Positions 1-6,118 of a DNA stretch of 7,559 bases are shown here, in pieces (positions within the stretch are counted from its first letter, which is position 1; every line of letters begins with the position of its first letter). The DNA is from Paramicrosporidium saccamoebae KSL3. Lineage: Eukaryota; Fungi; Cryptomycota. The notes under the pieces are model-generated. The model worked only from the letters and a program-made list of their open reading frames with translations, searched no databases and was not told the DNA's origin. The position numbers and the translations under genes were made by a program. Location of the stretch: assembly GCA_002794465.1 (NCBI GenBank), contig MTSL01000216.1:1316-8874 (forward strand), written 5' to 3'.

Positions 1-26
1 AGCAAAGCGATCCACTCTAGCACACG

Positions 27-56
27 AATACCCGACTAATCAATCCTCTGCCTCTA
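27..56. repeat. Dispersed 30-nt repeat, copy 1 (inverted relative to the copy at 5857-5886)
   Basis: AATACCCGACTAATCAATCCTCTGCCTCTA vs reverse complement of 5857-5886 AATACCCAACTAATCAATCCTCTGCCTCTA: 29/30 identical. Confidence 0.9.
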
Positions 57-68
57 CCTCTACCTCTA
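45..68. repeat. Hexamer tandem repeat CCTCTG(CCTCTA)3
   Basis: Read directly. It overlaps the dispersed repeat; the other copy has only CCTCTG-CCTCTA. Confidence 0.85.
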
Positions 69-140
69 TGTCATAAGCCCTTATACTGGTGACACGACTC
101 TTATGGACAGACTGCTGAATAGCCTTGTAATGTCGCAGTT

Positions 141-1691
141 TTATTCAATAGCTTGTCTTGTTGGATGCAATCCCGCGGGCAGACTTTTGGGAAGCTCAAT
201 TCCCTTTAATCGCAACTGCACAATATACAGCATGATGGCAAACTCTTCAAATGTGAGCATTCCGTCTTTATCGAGATCGCACATTGCCCATGCCATGGCC
301 ATCTCGTCTTCGGGAAGACCCGATTGCATAAAGAATGCGCGACAGGAGGCGCCATCCAGCTTGCCGTTCACTGGAAATTGATTTTCGAATAGCTTTAGAA
401 AGTGCTCCTTGTTGATGCGGTCGTATTTCCAGAGCTCCTCAGCTGGACAGGACAGAGTCATTGATGAATCGTCAAACGGATTCGTGTTCAACGGCGATTT
501 CAGCTCTGAAAAAACTGGTGGGTATAGCCTCATTAGCTCGGGAATGTCATGGTGCACTGCCTCTTCAATGGCGCTCATATGTTTTGTGCTAAACTTTGGA
601 TAAGAATTGAGGTCATGACTTTTTAGTTTGTGGCAGTACTCTTCAATATCGGGAAAATCACCGGTTGGAATCCGATGCAATTGCTGGACTTTGGTAAATT
701 CGTCGACAAGATTCTCAAGTAACCTTGCTTGTTTAGCTCCCTTCCCATACCATGATGGCAATTGCGAGCGTAGATGGCTTATAATAATGGCATGCACTCG
801 GGCCAGGCGGGCTCGTTTTATGAGATCGTTTACCTTTCGGGTCGTAGAGTTCATGGGAAGCTGCCGCAGCTCTTTCACAAGATCCATTTTTTCCTCCTCA
901 ATTAGGGCTGATCCGTTGTCATTGGTAAAATTTTCTGGATGAAATGAGCTAATAAATACTCGCGGCACTTCTGGCGTGGTCACAACCTTGCCCAGGGACC
1001 ACATTAAAGCGCCATACACCCGCATGAGTTCCTGTCGACCAACTTGATCGGCCTTGTTAAGGACTATCCTGATCTTGTCATCATGGGGCTCCAGGACCTT
1101 TAGGACTTCTTTCAACTCATCTGAAATGTCGAGTTTGTGTGCGTCAAAAAATACCAGGATCAGATCCGAATGCTCCGCAAACCACTCGCATACCTGAGGA
1201 AAATCGTATGCCCTGCCAAGACGCTGCTTGTCTCCTGACAACACTCCCGGAGTGTCTACAAGAGAGACTGACTCTAGTAGCTGACAGCAGACTTCACTGA
1301 CTTGAAATTTGGACAGAAAACTGCTTCCAAATCTCGTGAGACCGCCAAGCGCCTTGTCGGATTGCAGGGTGGCGGCATTTCCTGGGACCACTCGGTCCTG
1401 TTGGCCGTGCATGACTGCGACAAATCTGTCAGTCGTGGGCTCTGGCCCTATTCTCCCTCCCGGATACTCTCTGCCAAGCAGACTCTGGATAAAGGTTGTC
1501 TTTCCAGTAGAATACTGTCCCAGAAGCAAAACCATTGGCTTTGCTTGGATTTCATTGTCCGACAGCAAAGGGGTAAAGAAGGCGTCGTAACGAAAGCTGC
1601 TCTCGACGGGAAAGATTTTCCTCTTGTAAATATCCTGCAGACCAGAGAGTAGAGAAGCAGATTTCTTCTCTCGTCCCTTTGACCCCACCAT
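141..1691 (-). CDS. EHD1: EH-domain-containing dynamin-like ATPase (EHD/RME-1/PAST1 family), 516 aa, intronless
   Basis: P-loop GQYSTGKT, GPEPTTDRF, DTPG and NKAD motifs of the EHD G domain; YGALMWSLGKV and PEVPRV are EHD hallmarks; C-terminal EH domain with conserved Trp (AMAWAMCD) and EF-hand DLDKDGMLTFEE. The symbol is family-level. Confidence 0.97.
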   Translation of the reverse strand: MVGSKGREKKSASLLSGLQDIYKRKIFPVESSFRYDAFFTPLLSDNEIQAKPMVLLLGQYSTGKTTFIQSLLGREYPGGRIGPEPTTDRFVAVMHGQQDRVVPGNAATLQSDKALGGLTRFGSSFLSKFQVSEVCCQLLESVSLVDTPGVLSGDKQRLGRAYDFPQVCEWFAEHSDLILVFFDAHKLDISDELKEVLKVLEPHDDKIRIVLNKADQVGRQELMRVYGALMWSLGKVVTTPEVPRVFISSFHPENFTNDNGSALIEEEKMDLVKELRQLPMNSTTRKVNDLIKRARLARVHAIIISHLRSQLPSWYGKGAKQARLLENLVDEFTKVQQLHRIPTGDFPDIEEYCHKLKSHDLNSYPKFSTKHMSAIEEAVHHDIPELMRLYPPVFSELKSPLNTNPFDDSSMTLSCPAEELWKYDRINKEHFLKLFENQFPVNGKLDGASCRAFFMQSGLPEDEMAMAWAMCDLDKDGMLTFEEFAIMLYIVQLRLKGIELPKSLPAGLHPTRQAIE

Positions 1692-1841
1692 TGTGTTTTT
1701 GAGAAACGTTAAATTCCCCTTGTGGAGTCGTTCTATTGGAGGAATCCTTGGTTGATTCGGTGAGAATCAATGCAGTTGTCACGTATCATACATCATTGTT
1801 TCCACCTTTAAATAGGCCGTTTATATATGATATATACAATT

Positions 1842-1878
1842 ACACACGCACACGCACACATACACACACACACACACA
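1842..1878. repeat. Imperfect (CA)n microsatellite
   Basis: ACACACGCACACGCACACATACACACACACACACACA in the 197-nt gap between the BSD stop and the EHD start. Confidence 0.92.
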
Positions 1879-1888
1879 TGTATACATG

Positions 1889-2669
1889 CTAGTCCCAACT
1901 ATCCCAGTCATCGGCTTCCTTTGGTGTTTTGCCATTGTTCGGCGAGTTATTGTTAATAAAGGACACATTGACAGCATCTAGTGTCGGAGAATCTTTCACC
2001 GCTATTGCTACCTCGCCATCAACGGCTGGTCTCGGTGCGACAATTTGCTGATTTCTAATGTGTTGCCAGAGCCTCCATCGAATCCAGAATTGCTCTTCAG
2101 TGATAACACTTGGGACTAGCTCACTGTAAAGCTTCTTCAATTCAATGTCATTGGCGAGGATTATGCGCTGTTGCTGGTCGCCAAACGTAGCGTTAAATCC
2201 TCGTGATGATTGAAATTCGGTCCAATTTTCGTCCTTTTCTTGTGGCGACTCTAGAAAAAGTCTTGTTGGTCTAAAGCTTAGTCTCTTGAGCATAGTGTTA
2301 CAAGGTCGGAATCTGAACCTCATTCAGTCGAATCTCCTCCGGGCCCTCATCGGCAAACATTTTGGGAAGCCTCGACGCAAAGTTTTGTACAGGCTCTTCT
2401 AGATTATCATGGTACACTTCAGAAACTTCTTCTGCAACCTCTGCTACAAAGTGGGAAAGCTCCTCCTGGCAGGACCGCGCAACCTTTGCCGACTACATTA
2501 TTGTTACTTGCGCCCCTATTGCCTCTACCTGATTATAAAAGGACGTTGCGGTTGCAGTAAAAGTCTTCCAAATATCATCAGACTCTTCCCCGTGGTCTCC
2601 TCCTGTCACTTCTGATACATTGTCAATGTTCCCTGCAATTCGAGCGTTCTCGGGCTCAGCAGTGTCCAT
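1889..2669 (-). CDS. BSD-domain protein (BSDC1/Dos2-like), about 237 aa, 3 exons: 2669-2529, 2492-2302, 2270-1889
   Basis: The last exon has the BSD signature LKKLYSELVPSVITEEQFWIRW and an acidic DDWDSWD end. Introns 2528-2493 (36 nt, GTAGAG..TGTAG) and 2301-2271 (31 nt, GTAACA..ACTAAGCTTTAG) join three fragments into one open frame (MDTAEPEN..SFYNQ|SAKVARSC..QIPT|LPTRLFLESP..). The exact intron-1 donor and the start codon are less certain. Confidence 0.85.
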
Positions 2670-2754
2670 GCTGTTGATGTCCAATTTTGATTGGTGGACA
2701 CATGGCCCAAGTAATATAATCTCACACTCTGTCAGGTGGTCCAAAAGACGGTCG

Positions 2755-3183
2755 ATGGTTCCACTCACACTAGTTTTAACGTTCCTAGAGCTACCCACAC
2801 TACGGACAGTACGCTCCGGCCGGTTCGGTGCCGCCACCCCCAGTGTACATACGTACAATGCCATGCACTTTTGTTCACCGGCATAGAATCATCGCCAGTC
2901 TACTATCCACCGCAGCCACCGCAGCCACCACAGCCATCTCCTGGTACAGCATCAGAGCAGAGACTAAGATTCTAGTGATAGTATATCATCCGGCCGCCAT
3001 TAATCCCACGTACATCATGACGACCGAAACGAAACCCCATACAAAGGGTGAACTTGATGACGAAGAAACTGTCTGTTGTGCAGCGTACCCGTTCTAATTG
3101 ATCAATCATGTGTTGTTAGGTTTTTCGCTTCCTTGGCTGCCGTATTCTGCCTTGCAGCTGCAGACTCCCAATCTCGGCGATAA
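2755..3183 (+). CDS. Small Pro/Tyr/Gln-rich protein with C-terminal Cys-containing TM helix (CYSTM-like), 98 aa, 5 exons: 2755-2757, 2789-2852, 2887-2943, 2976-3084, 3120-3183
   Basis: Introns 2758-2788 (31 nt), 2853-2886 (34), 2944-2975 (32) and 3085-3119 (35), all GT..TAG, give MSYPHYGQYAPAGSVPPPPVYIQSSPVYYPPQPPQPPQPSPVIVYHPAAINPTYIMTTETKPHTKGELDDEETVCCAAFFASLAAVFCLAAADSQSRR*. The first exon is ambiguous: ATG 2702 with donor 2711 is an alternative. Confidence 0.75.
2907..2936 (+). repeat. 9-nt coding tandem repeat (CCACCGCAG)x3 encoding PPQPPQPPQP
   Basis: CCACCGCAG CCACCGCAG CCACCACAG CCA read directly. Confidence 0.9.
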
Positions 3184-3270
3184 TAGAATCCTGACATGTA
3201 CCGTAAATTAACAAATAGACCCTCTACCAAAGTGCATTCCACATCTTTATAAATCTTTGCTATTAGATAA

Positions 3271-4038
3271 TTATCCTGTACCCAGCGTTCCCAAGTCTAT
3301 AGTGAAGCTCGGCGCGCGACCACCATCGGAATCATGATCAGTAGAATCACCAGTAGTTCCATCACCCCTTCTGTTTTGCGCCCTCATCAACTCTTGAATA
3401 ATAAGCGCTCCAAGGCCGTTCAAGCCACGTTTTTCTGAAACTTTTGGAGGCGGCACAAAGACGATTGATCCCTTACTGCGATCCTCTTCAGACTTGGTGG
3501 AAACGGTACCGGCAACAATAGCTACATCCCAAAAGTTTTTAGAGTACTTTAGGAAGCCTTGCAAGAGCTCAACGTCAAAGTCCTGATTGGAAAAAGTTCC
3601 AGTAAGGTCGACAGGTTTGACATGCCATTTGCGGTTCAGTGGGTGTATGAAAATGACAAGATCGCCCTCTTTTGCCTCAAATTCAGTCTTGAGGTCCAGC
3701 TGAGGCAAGTGCTTTTGCAGACATCCCAGCTCGTCGGGGTCCGGAACAATGACTTTTTGGTCCCTCATCACCACCACAATACCACCAGAGCTCATCTCCA
3801 CTCGCGCATTGTCTTCTGTGAACTCTATTAAGGTCTTTGGAACTTGATGGTTAGCACTGCGTCCCATATTAGAGAGGGATATTGCGTCCGTTCTCCCAGC
3901 AAGACCCGTGCTGGAGATTCTTTGCACATTGAATGCATGAACCTTGTCCAAAAAAACTTTGGCGTTAGATACGCACCACATGGACGCAAGGACTAGCAAA
4001 GCAATCGGAGAGACTGAAGCAATTGGAAAAAGTTTCAT
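3271..4038 (-). CDS. Hypothetical secreted protein A (signal peptide), 255 aa from the second ATG
   Basis: Long open frame. ATG at 4038 starts a signal-peptide-like MKLFPIASVSPIALLVLASMWCVSNA; the ORF-track ATG at 4077 is an in-frame alternative. No recognised family. Confidence 0.8.
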   Translation of the reverse strand: MKLFPIASVSPIALLVLASMWCVSNAKVFLDKVHAFNVQRISSTGLAGRTDAISLSNMGRSANHQVPKTLIEFTEDNARVEMSSGGIVVVMRDQKVIVPDPDELGCLQKHLPQLDLKTEFEAKEGDLVIFIHPLNRKWHVKPVDLTGTFSNQDFDVELLQGFLKYSKNFWDVAIVAGTVSTKSEEDRSKGSIVFVPPPKVSEKRGLNGLGALIIQELMRAQNRRGDGTTGDSTDHDSDGGRAPSFTIDLGTLGTG

Positions 4039-4112
4039 TGTCGCGACGTAATTAAATTTTGTAGCTGGGGTTAACATAGTCCGACAACCCGGAATAACCT
4101 TTCAAACCAAAA

Positions 4113-4658
4113 ATGCGCCTACTAGCTTTTGCACAATTCTTGGCGTGCTTGCTTACTCTATTCCATGGCTTGATGGCCAATGTTATTTCAAATATTCATG
4201 CGCTTTGGCCGGCCGATTCAACCTTTTCCGCACTTGCCCCTTGGCTTTCCAACGTGGACATCCAGGTTGGTGCAGATAATCGCATTTCGTTGACTATGGA
4301 TGATAAAGACATGTGCACGATTGATACTCTTGGTGCAGGGTATATCATCTTTCCAGCTGACAAGACTCCTCCTGTAGTTGGATATGACAGTTTAACCCGG
4401 GAGTTGAGTGTCGGTGACAAGATTGCCCTCGTAGCTGGTCCCGAGATTTCCAACAACTCGCACCTGCTTTCTGTCGCCGCTGCTTTTGCTTCAGAGCAAA
4501 ATTTTTGCGAGAACCTAATTGCCATATTTGCTATGAAGCAGAACGCTCAGCGTGCAATCTTTTGCGGCCAGGTTACCACTCTTAAGAATGCAAGAAACAC
4601 ACAGCAAGCCTTTAATATTCACAACACTCCAACTCCAGCCAAGCCAAAGTCCGACTAG
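4113..4658 (+). CDS. Hypothetical secreted protein B (signal peptide), 181 aa
   Basis: ATG preceded by an A-run (CCAAAA ATG); signal-peptide-like MRLLAFAQFLACLLTLFHGLMA; colinear motif similarity to protein A. Confidence 0.8.
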   Translation: MRLLAFAQFLACLLTLFHGLMANVISNIHALWPADSTFSALAPWLSNVDIQVGADNRISLTMDDKDMCTIDTLGAGYIIFPADKTPPVVGYDSLTRELSVGDKIALVAGPEISNNSHLLSVAAAFASEQNFCENLIAIFAMKQNAQRAIFCGQVTTLKNARNTQQAFNIHNTPTPAKPKSD

Positions 4659-4674
4659 ACTTGCAAGTATGATA

Positions 4675-5349
4675 CTATAATAAAGTGAAATCTACAATGT
4701 GTTGGAATCTATTTTCTCCATCCAGCTTGGCCAGGACCATATCGGATGCCATTGTGGCATACCAATCATCTATAGGCACCACCTCGATTTTGTCGCATCC
4801 TTCCAGGATAATCGAGGTTGCAGTAAAAGCATGCAGCTGGACGTTTTTGCAGTTGAAAAATCGGATTTGATGGGCGGCAATGTAGAGTTCGGAACATGAC
4901 ACATTTTCACAATAGGCTGCCCCCGAACATGGCCCTACTTTGACTTTGCTTTCGGACAGATTTAACAAGTAGACCGAGTCTACAACCTTGTCAAGCTCAA
5001 CTTTGGCTCCACTCAAATCCACCAGCCGCACTGCCGGTCCATCAATCAAAGTGTCATTGCAATTCAGGACTATGGGCTCTAGTCCGTCTCGTTGCCTGTC
5101 TACGTGACAGCCGTGGGCCAAAACGTCTGCCTTTAGAGGAACACCTTTTTTCCTTAGCTTGTCGAGACGGTCACGAAGGGTACGAGCGTTATAGGCCGAC
5201 ATGAAGGAGGCACCATTCGAGAGCGCCTTCTGGACCTTGATTAAATCTGCTTCGCCATAATCAGTGCTCTTTTCAAGTTCTATCGCAATTAAACACAAGC
5301 CGTTGACTGTACTTTGAAGAGCATTTTCCAAGTCAGTGACCAAAGTCAT
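4675..5349 (-). CDS. TBCC: Tubulin-specific chaperone C (cofactor C), 224 aa
   Basis: N-terminal helical region with MSAYNAR (family L-x-A-Y-D pattern); C-CAP/cofactor-C beta-helix GPCSGAAYCENVSCSELYIAAHQIRFFNC with the catalytic Arg; IILEGC..P and NRFQHIVDF match family motifs. The true ATG is at 5349 (the ORF track starts at TTG 5352). Confidence 0.9.
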   Translation of the reverse strand: MTLVTDLENALQSTVNGLCLIAIELEKSTDYGEADLIKVQKALSNGASFMSAYNARTLRDRLDKLRKKGVPLKADVLAHGCHVDRQRDGLEPIVLNCNDTLIDGPAVRLVDLSGAKVELDKVVDSVYLLNLSESKVKVGPCSGAAYCENVSCSELYIAAHQIRFFNCKNVQLHAFTATSIILEGCDKIEVVPIDDWYATMASDMVLAKLDGENRFQHIVDFTLL

Positions 5350-5465
5350 CAACTAAACATTTACTCTTTTCCCCAGTCGATCATATGCCAAATCAGCGCT
5401 ATATTAAAGGCTGATGGCTCTACTTTGTCCATTTCCATCGGAATTTGGGGTATGGCGGGCGTTTG

Positions 5466-5794
5466 ATGATGCGCCATCGAAACGTTGACCATCGAGACAT
5501 TGGCCAACAAAACGTTGACCATCAAGATATTGGCAATCAAAGCTTTGGCTGTGCACTTCCCCCAAAGTATGAAGATATTGTGAGAGATGGGGCCGCAGTC
5601 TCTGACAACCCACCAGGCACTGCAATCATGACGCTTAGTAATTGTTAGATTATTGGAACTCTTTGAGAGCGCAGCCAGCCCCATCTACCACCTCATCGGA
5701 GCTTGTGGACAATAGTGATGACATTAATGATGCTGCCTGTCTATGTGCCATATTTTGTTTGACTCTAAAATTTTTAACAATGTTTGGAAGATGA
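5466..5794 (+). CDS. Second small PPxY-bearing, Cys-TM-tailed protein (CYSTM-like), 98 aa, exons 5466-5616 and 5649-5794
   Basis: A 32-nt GC-AG intron (5617-5648) gives MMRHRNVDHRDIGQQNVDHQDIGNQSFGCALPPKYEDIVRDGAAVSDNPPDYWNSLRAQPAPSTTSSELVDNSDDINDAACLCAIFCLTLKFLTMFGR*. The junction creates PPDY, the tail resembles that of the 2755-3183 protein, and AATAAA overlaps the stop. An alternative is a 95-nt GT-AG intron at 5580-5674. Confidence 0.62.
5480..5539 (+). repeat. 30-nt tandem duplication (2 units) encoding NVDHRDIGQQ/NVDHQDIGNQ
   Basis: Units 5480-5509 and 5510-5539 are 26/30 identical. Confidence 0.9.
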
Positions 5795-5799
5795 ATAAA
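5794..5799 (+). promoter_or_regulatory. Putative polyadenylation signal AATAAA overlapping the stop codon
   Basis: TGAATAAAG. The same overlap occurs at the EHD stop (140-145, minus strand, GAATAAAA). Confidence 0.45.
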
Positions 5800-5856
5800 G
5801 TCATTTTCAGTTGCCAAGTGATGCGTGATGAGCCAACCCGCGTTTAAGGTGTGATA

Positions 5857-5886
5857 TAGAGGCAGAGGATTGATTAGTTGGGTATT
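5857..5886. repeat. Dispersed 30-nt repeat, copy 2
   Basis: TAGAGGCAGAGGATTGATTAGTTGGGTATT is the reverse complement of 27-56 with one mismatch; weaker similarity extends to 5842. Confidence 0.9.
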
Positions 5887-6050
5887 TGAAGATAGTGAGA
5901 TGTGTATCCGTACTATTCTAGGATTAGCAGTGAACAACCCCCCCTTCCCGTCTGTGCTATTACCTCCACTACGCGGCACTCACATATGTCACAACATCCA
6001 TTACATACTCTACTGACTAATTTCTAAACTAACCGCTTGATAATTAGCCT

Positions 6051-6118
6051 GCTACTTTACAGCGTCCTTCATTGCTTTACATTATTATCCGTTGCTTTAC
6101 AATACTAGTCGTTGCTTA
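6051..6118 (-). repeat. 20-nt-period array of a TGTAAAGCAA-like core with variable spacers, immediately after the OST3 stop
   Basis: On the plus strand, CTACTTTACA (6052), TTGCTTTACA (6072), TTGCTTTACA (6092) and TTGCTTA (6112) fall at exact 20-nt intervals. Confidence 0.75.

Noticed and set aside
103-1782. ORFs 103-381, 409-603, 628-942, 1302-1652, 1309-1590 (+) and 1552-1782 (-)
   Set aside because: Antisense or alternative-frame shadows of the well-supported EHD gene, with no recognisable motifs.
1736-1981. 81-aa plus-strand ORF with a THTHTH run
   Set aside because: Translation of the CA microsatellite plus antisense overlap with the BSD gene.
2493-2507. 15-nt (or 24-nt, to 2484) intron, or TAG readthrough/recoding in the BSD gene
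   Set aside because: The frame does continue past the TAG, but a 36-nt intron from CAG|GTAGAG fits the size class of all other introns. TAG is also used as a true stop elsewhere (1889, 4656, 4675). Not formally excluded without RNA data.
2670-2864. N-terminal extension MALYVC... of ORF 2493-2864
   Set aside because: Overlaps the spliced plus-strand microprotein gene in antisense; ATG 2669 gives a typical BSD-protein N-terminus.
2904-2976. Minus-strand GDGCGGCGGCGG* reading suggesting a Cys/Gly metal-binding peptide
   Set aside because: It is just the antisense of the PPQ repeat, and no coherent upstream exon chain was found.
3221-3228. CCTCTACC as a third copy of the dispersed repeat
   Set aside because: Only an 8-nt match, within chance expectation.
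3559-4899. ORFs 3559-3831 (+), 4196-4525 (-), 4685-4870 and 4699-4899 (+)
   Set aside because: Antisense shadows of proteins A, B and TBCC.
5361-5979. Minus-strand ORFs 5361-5684, 5404-5625 and 5650-5979
   Set aside because: No family motifs, and 5650-5979 relies on a GTG start. The plus-strand model explains PPxY, the TM tail and AATAAA better, though it is unconfirmed.
5825-6016. C/D snoRNA (GTGATGA at 5825)
   Set aside because: The nearest CTGA is about 185 nt away and no terminal stem was seen.
6051-6118. CRISPR-like array
   Set aside because: The repeats (about 10 nt) and spacers (about 10 nt) are far too short, the context is eukaryotic, and there are no cas genes.
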